Positions 25,060 to 39,812 are shown, numbered from the stretch's first letter. The stretch: DNA of 64,000 nucleotides from Sphagnum compactum (GCA_965153455.1 OZ234493.1:10344213-10408212); one strand, 5' to 3'. Notes: a model not told the origin generated them from the sequence alone. Translations and numbers: made by a program.

Positions 25060-28000
25060 AAAATAATAACCCCCCCCCCTCTAATTCAACAATGTAATTA
25101 TGTATGGCAAAAGTACAAGTTGTGACAAAAAGGAATGGAACCTTCACCTCCATGTGACTATAAACCAAGACCTTAAACAACCCACCACACATGTTCAACT
25201 TGTGACAAATAATGTCAACACATAGTTGTAAAATGTTCATTTTAGGTGTCTTGAATATCAAATTTTTAAAATGTCTTTTCTCTTTCATATATCATTAAAG
25301 TAAATAAACAAATTTTTTCAAAGTATTTTTGAAAGGTCTATGCATTAAATTAGATAACACTAATAAACATTCCTATTTAATGTGTTTAATTTCTACTTCC
25401 AGGTCCATCATTTCAAATTTACTTTCTTCAATTTCAAAGGTAATTTCATTATGTAATTTAAAACGTTGTAATGAAATTAATTTGACATTTGTAATTATTT
25501 GATCAAAAATTTATGATGTAATTTCATATATGTCTATGAAAATTAATTTAATTTAATATTTGATTATTCAAAATATCAAAAAATCAGATGTCTTTTAAAA
25601 TTTTCAGTAGGCCATAATTAAAATTTAATTTATATATATATATATATATATATTTTAATCTCATAGTTTCACATTTCAAATTACGTGAAAAAAATGAATT
25701 ACATTTTTTTTAATGTATTTAATTTCAAATGTAAAGAAATTATAATAAGTTATATATTTATGACCTTTGTCTAAATTAATTTGTTTAAAAAATTTGTTTG
25801 TGGATGACCTCATTAATTCTATGTCATTGTCTTTGACATTATTTTTCATAACATAATTGACCATATGATAGTGGGTTATTGGAACCCTAACCTTGAGTTA
25901 ATGATGACCAAGGCCAAGGTGTTACAAGAAATGGGTTTGAAAATGAAACAATGACAGAAGGTGAATGAAACATGCACACTCACACATTAAATGACAATTG
26001 TTTGGTTTTTGGTGTTTTTGTATCAAATTGTACTAATGTTGCAAATTTTTAATGTGTTGACATGTACAAAAATTATGCAAACCCTTACCTAATAGTGTAA
26101 TGTCATGACCAAAAAATGAGGAATTTTTCCCATTATAAAAATCATGGACTTCAAAATGTTACTATTGATTTCAAGTAAAACCCTTAATGTCCATCAATTT
26201 GAACCATTGACAATGTTCACATGTTAAGCCCAACTAGTTAAGTTAATACTACAAGCTTAAAATGTTTCACAAAACTTAATGGACATACAACGTTGTTTTG
26301 GCCATTACTTTCCCATTTAATGCCAAGTTGATTGGCATTGTAGCTTGTGAGATCTTTTGTTTCACCTAATACACAACAAAATGATCTACCTTGAATATAT
26401 CAAAATTGAATACACTAGAATAAAATTAGATTCCACACATTATTGTTTGGTTGATTTAAATAGAAACACAATTGGTTGTGGAAAGTGTAGCTTTAAATAT
26501 GCAAGCAAGACTCAACATTTAGGATGCATATCAACTTACACACTTTTCAAAACCCCATATTAAGATGATTTCATGTTGAATTAAATAATGTTTCAATGTG
26601 CATGACAATGTTTATTGATAAAACCAAGGCTTGATATTATGACTAAATCTGAAAATGTTGTATTTCATGATGTTGTACATATAGAGTAGAGCAATATGAC
26701 AATGTTTAATACTTGACATTTGTGGTTTGATGACACCACCATTTCCAACCAATGAATTCTTCATGGCCACAATACCTACAACTCATAGCACACTAAGATC
26801 ACAACCTTGGTGTGAAAATCTCATTCAATAATCTTCAATGAAAGTTAAGTTCATGGCAAAACCAAAACAAAATAGATTGCAATGTTTATCATGGATACAA
26901 CAAATTTTGATTTCAAACTTGAGGAAAACCCATAACAAACGTGCTAAAAATGACAATGTTTTTGAGTATTGATGCAACATAAATGGAAAATAACAATCAA
27001 ATAGGTCAATACATTAAACTTAGAATAATATTAAACTTAATAATTAATATGAAAATGTTCTTTTACTTTGTTCCAACTATATTTATGAACCACATGTTTA
27101 AAGTATATTTAAATAAATTCATTGAAATTCACAAAAATGTCAAATTTTATAAAAGTACACGCAAGCAAATGGAATATATGATCTTTTTTACTTTCAAGTT
27201 AATGGAAACTTAGAAAATACATATGTATACTCAAATTGTGCATATTATAGTAATAATACATTGAACTTTTAATGTAAAAGTAGCTTTGAACACCATATTG
27301 ACTAATCAATTTCAAATATATTTGTTACCTACTTTTATTATACTAAAGTTAATTTTGTATTCAACTTCTCAAAAATTTAATTGAGGCCTTGATGGTTTAT
27401 ATTAATATTGACAAAAAATTTAATCTATTTTTTATGTTTATGTCAAAAGTTTGATTTTGGGAAAATGACTTTCTTGTTTACTTTACCATGTTTTTGCCCA
27501 ATATAGGATAACAATTTTGGGGAATTACTATGATGCAAGTCATTGCCAATGGAGGAAACAAGGCCATCTATTTTTCAAAAAACATGAATTAAAAACCACT
27601 AAACGTTCTACATACAACCTCTTCATATTGTAGAATCTTCAAAGGGTGCTCAAGTTTGTTAGAACATCAAAGTGGCACAAGGAAGTGAAATTGTTGTTTG
27701 CCACACCATCAAGGGTGAAAGCACACTACGAGGGGGCCACTTTAGGCAAGAAAATGTATTCTTTTTTTGGTACATTTGAGTATATTTTGGGGATGGTTTT
27801 TCTTTGATTTCATCTAGCATTTCGATAAACATATAAAATGGATTTTGATACAAAGGCCTCCAACATATTTTTTGTCATCTTTCAAATGAAAGTAATTTTT
27901 CAACAAAAGTTTTTTTCAACATACTTAATATGCTCGTTTGAATGAAAAACTTGTCTAAATGTTTTATGTGAAATCACATGAATCAGACTTTTCAATTATA

Positions 28001-28249
28001 ATTGAAGTGGTCTAATCAATTCATATTCAATATATGACTAAGTACTTCATCAAGTTTTGCAATTATTTGAATCATTTTAAAGTATATTTGCATTTTGCAA
28101 TATATCATAACAACATCTATTTTTTCACAAATATGCTCTTTAATCATTTAATATTAATAAAAAAATGTAGTTTCCTTTGACAATTGCATTATTTGGCAAT
28201 TGAACTACCTTATTTTGAATATAATTTACAAAAACCTCTTTTAATATGG

Positions 28250-29620
28250 GCTTGGTGAAAGTTGAAAGTTGCATAATTTTGAAAAACAATATTTATGACA
28301 ACATTTTTTGGCCATCATATTATGTTTTCACCCTCAAAAAACTGGTCAAATTCAAAATTAAACAACGCATTCAACCCCTTGATGTTAGATCAAAAATCAA
28401 TATGTACATTGCCCACCAAACATTTACGAAATAGTAAAATTGTGACTCTTCTCCCAAGATCAATTTCATTTCAAGTCATATTTTATGGCAATTCAAAAAC
28501 ATCTATCAACATCATGAAAAGGATGACAAAACAATAATACAAGTGGAAATTTTGACCATGCATATAAGGTGCGTACAAGACAATTTGCCAAAATGCACAT
28601 CATAAGAAAGATGTGAAAATGTTCTATGGTTTACAAAACTAGCTCTACAAGAAACTTGAAGAAAAAACTAGATATATTTTAGCTACTTAGAACATTCAAT
28701 TCTTTTCCAAGAAGTTAATGGACCAATTCAATAAGAGCTATGATCAATGCCAATCTCCCACCAAATGTGAATGATTAAAGAATATGTTCTTTCTTGACAA
28801 CATTCTAACACAAACCAATAAAAAGACATTAACAATTTGGGTACTAGAAATCCTACATAACATCCCCATGTCAACCAAAAGCAAATGAAGAATTTGTGAC
28901 ACTATTACTACAATAATTTAAGAATTGAAAGAGACAAATGGGTAAGGCCCACCTACATAAACACAATTCTACAACTTGTGAAGGAAGAGATGTATCCAAA
29001 GTATGTTTAAGTTGGTAGACAAATAAATCCTTTCGCTCTTTAAATGGCAAGCCCTTTATGGAAATTGACACCAAAAAAATGTTGCCTTCACATTGAAATG
29101 CAATTCAAAGTTCAAACCATGATACAAACTACATGCATCTACTTGTAAACATAGTTCTTTTCAAAAAAATTGAGGTCTTAAAGTGTGATCTCCTTGCCAA
29201 CTACAACTTATAATAATGAAGTTCACAAAATAGAACAATACATGTTGACAAATGGAAATTGCTCAAGTACAACTTGTAAAGCATGTTGTTTAGTTGGAAA
29301 AGGCAAAATTTGATTAAAAAAAGGTAGAAATTACAATTGAGGCCCACATAGAATCACCATGATGTAACAATGCCATGAAAAGTGGATATGGTGATGAATC
29401 AAGTTCTACCTACAACCATGAGAATCCCACATATCACATGTCACTTCTTCATAAAGAAAAATTGATGGCAATTGTGGGGATTAGGTGGAGAATTATGTGG
29501 TTTTGCAAGATTTTTATTTTTTTTGGAGGTGAGGTGTTTTTGATGTCCAAGCTAAAGTCAACAATAACAAAATTGTTTCCTCCTATGTGAAGTCAATTTT
29601 GATTACGAATCAAGTATCAC
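28250..29620 (+). mobile_element. Possible heavily decayed DNA transposase (MULE/SWIM-like) remnant
   Basis: Coding-like but stop-riddled sequence with a CKH motif (~29146) and a PHVNQ-like stretch (~28865); no continuous ORF. Weak. Confidence 0.25.
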
Positions 29621-30019
29621 AAAAGAATTTTGTAAAGATGAATCTTGTGTGTACATAGACTTGTTAATGGGTACTAACATAATTCCTCTATTTAACCCTA
29701 AGTCACATATGCACACACACATATTTAAACACTTAACATTAAATAACATTTAATGTTTAATATAAATTTGGAACATTTTATTTTTCTCAAGATGATGACA
29801 AAGTTCTTATAATTGTATTTACCATGCACAATATGTACCATTGATCTAATTGCAATTCCAATAGAATTTCTACCACCAAGAAACTCAACAAAGGACACAC
29901 TTACTTGGAACACAAATTACAATAGGATTCCCTTGTTCTACCATTCCATTATTTTACTACTTAAAATCCTCAACACTTTCATCATTTGCTACCACATCTT
30001 GCTTCTTTTTGTCCTTTGA

Positions 30020-30250
30020 TCCCTTTGTTGGGCCCTGCCCCCCAGAGGGACCGGGACTATTGCATTGGATCCAACTTTTGGAAGTTTTACCTTACAAGAA
30101 CTGGTTTCACATTAGGTGAACCGGGTTTTTTGGTGAAAGTGTTTAGACTATTGAGATTGGAACGGATTTTTTTGTTCAGAGTGTGGACACAGTAGGTAGA
30201 TGTATAACATCTTATCTATTGGCGGAGCCAGCGTGTGTGTGAAGCCTTAT
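30020..30250. repeat. Dispersed ~210-bp repeat (MITE-like), copy 2
   Basis: Shares TTGGATCCAACTTTTG, TTAGGTGAACCGG, GAAAGTGTTTAGACTA, AGAGTGTGGACACAGTA and CATCTTATCTATT with the reverse complement of 11530-11745. Confidence 0.75.
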
Positions 30251-30288
30251 TACAAGAATCAACACCTTCAAACTTGATTGGACATAAC

Positions 30289-31166
30289 AAATGTTGGGTA
30301 GTTTTCACATTTGTGAAAACCATCAGCTCCATTTTTTAAACAAGCTTTTAATTACTACCTTGATTCCTGAAAAAAAATATAACATTTTAATATCCACTTG
30401 AATTTTCATATTACCCTACATTAAAAAAACAACTAGTTTTCAATTAGGGTGGTTTTCATTAGCAAGAGAAGGTCCACTGGCGTTCAACCCAATTATCAAG
30501 ACAATGAAAATTTGATTTTTAAATTCAGAACCCCATCAAAGAGGAAAACAATTAACAAGGGGACGGGGGTTGTGATAACTAGTGTCGGGAGGTTTTTGAT
30601 TTCATGTAGGTTTAGGTTCAAGTTATAGGCCAAGTTCTAGGAGCTCTAGAGACTTGAAGTTTCACATTTTATTGGAACCAGCATTATAATCAGACTAGGT
30701 AACCAACCATTTTTTAAAAATGAATTAGAACCTAAACTAGGGGTGTTGTCCCTTTGTTTACCAAGTTTAAGGTCTCAAGGTACATAAGATCAACCTTTAA
30801 AAAATCAAACAATGTTGACCCTACTTTTTATGCAAATAATTAATTTCATTTAGTTGTGTGTAACTTTTGTTACATAATATATATCTTAGACTATGGGATT
30901 AGTTGAACAAATTAAGATTAAATCAAAAAAAAAAAAAAAAAACAGTTAGTTATGTGCAATGGAGATGGAACTAGACTTGATTTTAAACCAGATTAGATTC
31001 CAATTTTATTAAGAAACACCAGAATTGAAGGTTCTTGAAACCCAAAGAATTGATTTTAGGACAAACCAAAGGGTCCATCCAAAACTTTAAAAGCTTCATA
31101 ACCTAGACCAAACGTTCCTTCTATAATCAAAAGTTGCACAACATTGGTGATAACCACCCAACACTA
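30289..31166. mobile_element. Outer hAT-type MITE hosting the 30580-31146 insertion
   Basis: Termini AAATGTTGGGT / ACCCAACACTA; flanks GACATAAC vs AACGTAAC (6/8). Confidence 0.6.
30580..31146. mobile_element. hAT-type MITE with perfect 8-bp TSD, nested in another hAT-type MITE
   Basis: Termini TAGTGTCG / CAACATTG; GTGATAAC at 30572-30579 and 31147-31154. Confidence 0.75.
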
Positions 31167-31724
31167 AACGTAACCTCCAACCCCTAAAGAAATGGCAAAT
31201 TTCCCACTAACTTTTAGGCACCTTAATCTTATGATTCAACTAATGTGCCAACTAATCAATTTATTGCTGATAAACAAACCCTTTCCAACTAAATTGTCGT
31301 TTTATCACATAATAAAATTCTTGAAGTTAGACATCATTTCCATAGAAACGAATCTAAAGTGCTCAAATGAAAATAGTTAAGGAAAGTAATTGGTGCCAAG
31401 TTAATTACATTATGTTATGCATGACATGGAAATATGTTGCCAAATGTTACATCTAGTTCCAAGTTTGGTTTTTCAAATTTTCAAAACTTGTGGTTTGGAT
31501 CAGTGATTTCTTTTGGGGTGAAATTTTTTTGGGATCGAAACAAGAGGGGCCCCAAAAGATTTCTTTTTGAAAAAAACCACCAAATTCATCATATTTTGAG
31601 GTGGAAACTAGTATTGTGCATGTAAATGTCAATAACCATATATGCAACTTGTAGATACCATGTAAGTGTAAATCATCTACACTCATTTGAACACCCAAAA
31701 TTTTTACACTTACTTCCATAGGAG

Positions 31725-31726
<2 letters not shown>

Positions 31727-31770
<44 letters not shown>
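31727..31770. repeat. (AT)22 microsatellite
   Basis: Direct reading; shorter (TA)n runs at 1611-1635 and 25631-25652. Confidence 0.95.
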
Positions 31771-31773
<3 letters not shown>

Positions 31774-33338
31774 CAAATACATTTATATGGTGTCGTTTAA
31801 ATGTTTTGGGTGTGTAAGTGCATATATTATATAAACTAATGACTATACCTCTTGCAATCCATATTAATTAGTTACGTATACGTCCCAATGTGAGTGCATC
31901 CCAAAGCTATTTTTCTAAAATGCAATGGGCCACTTTGATTGGCCCTTCACAAAACATCATGATACGTTGGATACTTCCCAAATATAATCATTTCCTACCA
32001 ATATGAGACTATGCTAGTACCTCTCTTTTGGTCATCTATTATACTACAAGAGCAAACTTTTGAGCAAATGATATGGGACAAATTGTGATGCTATTCCTGA
32101 AAATATCTTGGATTCACATTCTTGAGTGCATTATACTCCCACCTCATTGCTTGAGTAGGATTCCTATTCCTAACTTTGTTCATCACCATTCTTGGCATAA
32201 GCTTTTACAAAAGCTTGAGTACTTATCGTGATTCATATTAAATAGTTTAATTGTTTGTGGGTTCAACTAGTACACTAAACCAAAGCCTTGCCCTTTGAGC
32301 ATAAAACCAGTAACAAACCAAGTAGTTGTCAATGCAATAGCCAATAAATTTTTAAAACCTTGTTGGTTGCTACATATTTTGAGAAAATCAGAAATTAATG
32401 GCAACCCTCTACTCTAATATGTATTCATTTATTCAATGATATGTTGATGATGAGTCCAAAAAGTTTGCCTAACTTTTGATACCTTGTGGATGATTGCTGC
32501 GCACATTGTCTACTGAAAGTAGGAGAATGCTATACAACTTGCCAAGGTGTAGAAAACTACTTCCAAGTATAGAGCATGTCCAAGTTACCCAAACTTTGTT
32601 GTAAAATGCACCACCGAATTTGACCCACGAAATTCAATGTGTGGGAACATAGGGATGTATACATAAAATCCCTCCATGGATCCTTCTGGTAACTTGGCAC
32701 CATTTCTAATGGTCCAAGGTGATCAGAGATCCACTTGCCATACTTTTATCTAATTCCGACATGTGAAAACCACCTTCCAACCAACAAGAAATAAAACCAG
32801 GGGATATTGACCAAACCTGCTGGTCACTTCCTGAATTTGCACTCAACCTTTAGGTTGCATGATGGCAAGTCAGACTCATTAAAGCACAGGCAATGCTACA
32901 GTTAGAACATAATTGCAGGCAACAACAGCTTATCTAACAATGTTTAACAATCCTTGCCTAAATTCCAACAGGATAAATCACCATCTTTGTCATCCATTGG
33001 CACCTAAATGATGACCAAACCAGAGTAACACCTGGCAACTTGTGAAGAAAAAGGAAAAATTATGTACATTTTGAGTGGATACAAAGCATGGAGAAACAGA
33101 ACTAGATAGGAGTTATGTGGAAGAAATACAGGTCTCCCATGTCACGGATATCCTTAAAGGAAAGGAGTCCTCAGGTACTAGAAGCAATTGACTGTCCAGT
33201 GACCTTCTTCAAACTTGACTGCAGGGTTTGGGCACCCTTCTTGACCATCCTGTGTGCAATTGAGAGATGCAAATTTCATTTCAAATCACAGCCCTCATGG
33301 TTGCTGCCTGACAGTTGTCATGATGAACAGGAGTGGTA

Positions 33339-36300
33339 TCATTGAGTTTTTTTTCGACTGGTGGATCGTGACTGGGGTTGCAAAAGCTTGAGTAACGGTA
33401 GCCTGAACACATTTGACCATCTTAGCTGACGAGAAATCAATCTGCTCATCAATACTAGGTAAAGATTATGACAGACAAGTTGGGTCAACCCAAGGTGTTT
33501 TGAATGAAAACCGGCAAGATGCATCAGACCAGTGTGCTAGGGATAAGTTGTAGAGTCCCACAACAAACTCCATTTGACCATTGAAGAGAAGTTGGAATCA
33601 AAGCAACATGAATATACACATGATGCCATGGCTATAGTCAACTGTAACCACCCTGCTGATAGCAAACTAGATTGTGCATCATGTTATGAGGTGAATTGTC
33701 TGTTAGTAAGACTTTCTTGACCAATTCAATATGAAAGGAACACTTACGTGACTTTGTTTGCAAAGTAAAAGATGGGAAGGCGGCACAGTCCTGAATCCCT
33801 GTTGTTGCCTCCCATACACCTGCTCACCACTTCCTCCGGATTGGATGCTGTTGCTACCAACACAAACTGCACATTTTGACAACTGCATTTCAAAACACTT
33901 CATCATACAGATCACACAACTTATGTCCACTATGAAATCATAGCAAATCAGATTGCATCAGCACAGGAAATCCTGGATTGAAAGCACTTGTTACATTCCC
34001 TGTTCTAGAAGTCACATTTCCATGGCTTTCAGGCTTCACCAAACAAACTACTGGCTAATTACTTGCAGGATTTAGAGAACAGAACAGAATAGACAATGGT
34101 CCCAAGCAAATCAGCTCTGAGTGGCAATAGCTGCGAGCCAACTGTGGAGAGACTGCTGGACTCAGACAAGGCTCATCTTCATGCACTGGTATCAATATCC
34201 CAAAAAATAAAGCAGTCACTTGTTGAAGACTCACCAATGGGAAAAGGATGGCCATTACACCAGCACTTACTAAAGGAGAAAAGAAGAAGGTGGCAATTAC
34301 ACATGGGCTACCTGCCACCCCACCCACCACCCATTACATCACCACCTCTTGGGCACAGTGACCAGTCCAGACTTACTAGGACTCCCACACACATCCAGCA
34401 TATGCAAGTACCCTTCCTCAAGGCAGTTGCCTCGTACACTATACAGAGACTATATGTGCTCACCAAAGCCTGCAAAAAAGGCCCAATTTGTCTCAAAGAA
34501 ATTTAGGCGCTTTTCTAAGCTCCACCTAGCAAATCCCCATTTGTAGCTGCCACAAAACCCAAGCAATAAGTGTTCAGAGTTGATGGCTCATAAAATGTTC
34601 TCTATTCAAGGTTTAAGACCGTCAACTCTAGAGTTCAGGACCTGAAATAACAAGCACAAGAAATGCTTCCATGAGAAACTGCTCCAGCCTTCTTATAACG
34701 CATCTTTCACCCTTTGGATCCCAGACCTATGAAAAACTTCAAACCTTAAGACCCTTGAGAAGGTTGGAGTAAATTTACTGAAGATCAGACTGATAGGTTG
34801 TGGTTCTTTCAAATTATTGCACAAACACCTGTACAGATTTAGTAAACTATAAAGTTGCAACAGGATTTGTAACCTGACAGACTGACACAACACTGCAAGG
34901 TAAGGACTTACTGAAGCCGTGTCTAAAAGGACATATTAAGTGATAGTGACATTAGTAGCAGAAAATCAACATAAGGCAACATGGCATTAACAGATCTCTC
35001 ATAGTAGAAGTCATGAAAATCACGGAGTAACCTTCCTTATTCATCCAAATGTCTACTATCAAAATACTCAGAATACTTCAAAATGTTCAACCCACACAAC
35101 ATAACAGTGCCAAACTAGCAAAAATGAGCTTTAAGCATGTGCCAAGAGTTAAGCATGATTACAAATATGAAAGGAACCAGCAAAATTGCACTAAATAGGG
35201 ATCTTAAGAAAGACTTACTCAAAGCAGTAGTAAGCATAGAGCCAGGAAAGCAGTACAAAGTTTAATAATGGGCCCACATAAGGTATGAAGCTTGCTGCAA
35301 ACACCTGGCCACAAGTAAATGCATCAAAACAACCAGGACACAACACATTCAGAAGAGAAACAGAAATGGAATTGTGTTACACCCATGCTACATGTTAGCC
35401 TCCTGTCTACCAAATGGTCCATACATGTCTTCCGATGTTCTGAACTTTCTCAATTAAAATACTATAATTATGTCCATCCTAGCATCACCAGAGCTTTGCC
35501 CTGTCAAAAAGTATACTGACATGCAACTCATTTTCTCTCCAGAACTGTCCATATTCACAACTATAAGCAGGTACTGCTCCATTGAATTGGCCATGAGTCA
35601 TTATTAACAGCATCCCCACAACTGTAATTTGAGGAGGTATGTCTGCACACACCATGTAGATCTTAACCTATATAGGTATTTCTATCCAGATGATCAACTG
35701 GCCAAAATTCAAGGGTTTTGTGAAGAACAAGTGTTGACTCAGATAGAGCAGATGCATGTGTGAGGTTCATGATGCTAAGAGACTAGCCAATGATCCATAC
35801 ATAGAAGCAAAAGGAACACACCTCCACAAAAAAGATGCTCACCATAAGGATAGAGTAAATCTGTTCTCCAATACCCAGCACAATACTGGACACCAAAACC
35901 ATTCAGTCAACTGATAACCTTCCAGTTCAGGGTCTTAGTTCTGAATGATAAACAAAACGTATACCACATTACACACACAGGAGCAGATTCAAGAAACTTA
36001 TATTGAAGGGTGACAAAAGGAGCACTATCTGAACCAATGGTCTTAGAACAGAAACCTAAAACATTGAAACTCCACCAAAAGGCCAAATAAACAATCAGAA
36101 ATGGGCACAAGTATTTACACAGTTGATAGATTTTGTGGTTTTAATGATGGGAGGATGTCCAAGAGATTGTACAGCAACGGCCCTAATTAGAGCACAAGCA
36201 TACTATCACCCACCTTTCAATGGGAGTACTGCTCTTACTGCGCAGGGTTCCAGGGGCCTTCGCTTTGCCTGAACCTTGAGCACTCACAGGCTTACCCCCT

Positions 36301-38465
36301 TCATCCAGGATTTCAAATGCATGGCGTGCAATCTCATTATACCTGGGAAGAAGACACAAGAACCACCCCAATGACTAGCCAAGTCAACCAGTGACATCTT
36401 TCTGCTTTCTCTGATTTCATTGAATTGGTGGCTCCACACTAGTGCTAAGAGAAAGAGTTTTGCGTTGGTGCCCAACCAGTGAGAGATCAATATGCACTAA
36501 TAATCCACATCATGCTAACAATAGAAGTACCCAGAAAGGAAATGCAGTTTAGAATAGCCCCATACCATATGCAGTTGATGATGGCACTTATGATGTAAAG
36601 AGGGTATAGCCAGAACACCTGCCCTCATCCAAATAGAATCTATCAGAAAGAAAGAACCTAAAGACCCAGCATTGGGAATCTTGAAAGCCAATGCTTGAAC
36701 AGCTGCCAAGTATGCACAAGTGGAACTAGTGATCCCTTGCAATCACAATTTGATGTGAAGAAAATCCAGATTCACCGGTGGGGATTTGCTTGGTCCTCAT
36801 GACTGTTACCATACCGTACTTGTATTGGCTTTAGTCCTAGATCTGAAGGTTGCTTTCAAGACTAAGAGTCTCGGTATACATATCAAGGGTTCCAAATGTC
36901 TCCAAGCCCATGACCTCACTTCCAAATTTTAGAACATACTGCAAACTGACTAGGAAAACACTTGCAGAATCTCTGGAGCTACTGAAGAAAACGTTAAAGA
37001 ATTGCCAGAAAAAGACTTGGATGAGATGAGTGCTCTTACATAGCACAAACCCACAAGGAGGGTCTGAAGCATACTGGAAACAGGTTCCCCACTTCCCTTT
37101 GCATCTACCCCATCACTTCCTGAGGGAGCTTGAGACTGAGCATTAAGGAGCCACCTCAGTGTTGGCACCACCAACTGCTGTAACACCAGTATACTGTCAC
37201 CCCCATAAACAAATCAACTTTTCACTATCTTAATCCAGCTAAAGACCCTGCATTCAACAACCCTCCAAGAGGGCTTCATAGAACAATCCTCTCACTCCTA
37301 CTAGGACTGACAAGCACAAGTAGCCCATTGGGACCAACCTACCACCTTTTTACAGCAAAGTTCAACAAACTAATGTGGGAGCAAAGCAACTTCAGGACTC
37401 CTCACAAAATTATTTTCTGAACTTGATAGTATAAAACCTTGTAGAACTATCAGAACAGCCTTACTTTGATTACTCCTAAGGCAGTGCAACTTATTGCTTG
37501 ACAAATTATGTACCAGAACATCTGAGACACTCAGACTAAAGTTACAAGGTGTATAAATCCTTTCATTGAACAAGCACAATCTTGAATAGTATAAAAGCAA
37601 AGACAATGACTGGAAACCTGGAGAGTAATGTTTTTGCACCTGCCAAGGAAAATGCATCCATTGAGAAGAAAACACTGCCCTGTTTTCACATAAACCCTGC
37701 GTGATCTGTTCCCTCCACACAGGAAAATAGATGTCTATGATCTCTATTTTTGTCTGCAAAAGAAGGCAGACTGACATATTGACCATTCAGACATGTATCT
37801 CACAATGTGGAGATGAGAGTGGTTGTTCTGCTGACTACTTTATACACAGTTTTTCACAAAAGAAGATGTTGTCCATAATGCATAATCAAGACATATGCCT
37901 TCTGTTGAAGGGCTTGTGTCCTCCTAGCACAATTTGCAACAAGATCATGATAAAAGCTTGCTGTTACTCAGAAACCTTCACAGCTGTCAGCACCCCAGTC
38001 AACCTTCAACAGAATCCAAGAAACACACTGGATTCACGCTGACACATTTCCATATTCTATGTCACCAATTCAATGATAAAAGTCAATCCAAAAATTTGGT
38101 ATAGGAAATTGGATTGACCAAGCTGACTGTAAGCACATGCCAAAGGTCATACTTCACATTTCTCATCTGAATGTCCATTGGAACATCATGTCTTCAGTGT
38201 TACATGAGGAGAAAGATATACCAATCAGATGAGGATGAAATGTTGTTTGCACAACAACAGAGAAAAAGGGAACAGGCAGGACTGACCGCTTACAGGAAGC
38301 CAGGGCTCTATGCAGGCAACAGGCGTCCCTGAACCCTGCCCACCATAGCTTCCCTGCCACTGCCACTTGTTGCTTCCAATCTGCCTCAACTTCAGAAATC
38401 CATGGTGATGATGATGATGATGCCTGCAATCCTTCTGCCATCTCCTCACCTCGTGATGGTGCCAT
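33339..38465 (-). CDS. EI24: Protein EI24 homolog (etoposide-induced protein 2.4 / EPG4 family, multi-pass membrane protein), 11 exons, 357 aa
   Basis: Manual splice model, all GT-AG, 1074 nt including stop. Exons (plus-strand coordinates): 38287-38465, 37640-37705, 37040-37193, 36566-36618, 36214-36342, 35822-35885, 35219-35304, 34464-34546, 34235-34311, 33748-33866, 33339-33402. Translation has plant EI24 motifs: LWWAGFRDACCLHR, KTGQCFLLNGCIFLGS, VFWLYPLY..WYNEIA, GIGEQIYSIL, NFVLLSWLYAYYCFDYKW, KRLNFFETNWAFFAGFGSPC, GVMAILFPLFVLVATAS, RLPIFYFA. The start ATG (MAPSRGEEM) is the first in-frame ATG; the downstream Met is an alternative. Confidence 0.93.
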
Positions 38466-39800
38466 GTACTCTTCCCTCACTTCTGGATCCACTTCACCAT
38501 AACACAGTCAAAATGAAGAGTCATTGCAAATGAAGAGCCTTATCTCACAAATCCCAAACTGTTTGAATAAAACAGTGCCCAAATAATGCTTATGGGAACC
38601 AACCTTCTAGCCTTATAAGCAGTATCAAACCTTACAGTTTCTTCACACATTCAGAGCTCCAATTTACTTAAATCACACATCATGTTCTTTCTCAAGTCCC
38701 AGGATATTCTGAAAACCTCCTAGTTACTATGCAGACTGCAAACCCTATAATATATTTAGGGCTACAGAACTCAAACACACACTTAAACCACACTGTAAAT
38801 TCCATGGAGGATTTGAGAAAGAGAAATACTGACCAGGATGATGGTCATATCAAGAAAACTTCTTGGTGTCCCTGCAACTGCAATTCTGAGGTTTTCTTCA
38901 GACCTTCAAAGCTCCAGTTCACACTTGAATCGCTCAAATTTCAATTGCTTTCATGGGTTTACAGAGATAGACTAGGAAGATGGCATCAAGAAGAATCACC
39001 GGTTTATCTGCAGGTGCAAAAACTAGGTTGGATTTAACTTCAAACCTTCCAATTTAGAACCAAGTCACAGGAATTGCATTGGAGAAAATCGAACAAGAAA
39101 AGAGATATATCAAAATACTGACGAGCTGGTCTTTATAACATTCCCAACTGCAAAACCTCGGAAACCCATCCTTGGAAGCTCTGATTGCATTCAAAACACG
39201 AAATTCTTTTAATCAACATGGAATCTGCAAACCCTAGCTTTTTCACGTACCTTCAGAGCTCCGATATTCCGTGAATTCACACGCTGAAACGTTGGAAAAA
39301 AGAAAAGAAGTTCCTCTTCGTCGTATGAACAAGACTCGCTGCTTTCTTTTGCTAATACAAAGCCCCAAGATCAAACGTTTGGTCTGCAGCTGCAGACCCT
39401 AAAATAATTTCCGACGAGACGAAAAAAAAAAGGGATTCAATTTGGTATCATGTCACTGAAACATGGGAAATAGAAAAAACGAAACACAAAACATGACAAC
39501 TCAATCTCATGAATTTCACTACAACTGCAAAACCTGGAATTTTGCAAAACGTTCAGAGTTGCAATTTACGATCAAAATACAGAAATCGGATTTGCAAAAA
39601 AAAATCAAGAAGAGAAGAGGCATAAGCAAGGGGTAATATACCGGTACAAGCAGTAGCAGCAAACTCTCTCTGGCTTCGGTTGCGTATGGTGAAGCTTTGC
39701 TTGCGCGACCTGCTGCACCCTCTTGTAATCTTGCGTTTCTTGAAGCAGCGGCAGAAGCAGCAGCAACAGCAAGAAACACTATTTGCATTACTAACTTCTA
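38466..39800 (-). promoter_or_regulatory. Probable 5' UTR / leader intron(s) / proximal promoter of the EI24 gene
   Basis: Minus-strand acceptor TTTTATTCAAACAG ending at 38569, candidate donor GAAG|GTACGT at 39250, AAACCCTA telo-box-like motifs (~38740, ~39229), and a more GC/CpG-rich stretch at 39650-39780 typical of a transcript start. The TSS is not determined. Confidence 0.45.
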
Positions 39801-39812
39801 ATGTAGGCCTTC

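Noticed and set aside
34096..34506. 136-aa plus-strand ORF antisense to EI24
   Set aside because: Overlaps EI24 exons 8-9 and introns on the opposite strand; no homology or independent gene signals.
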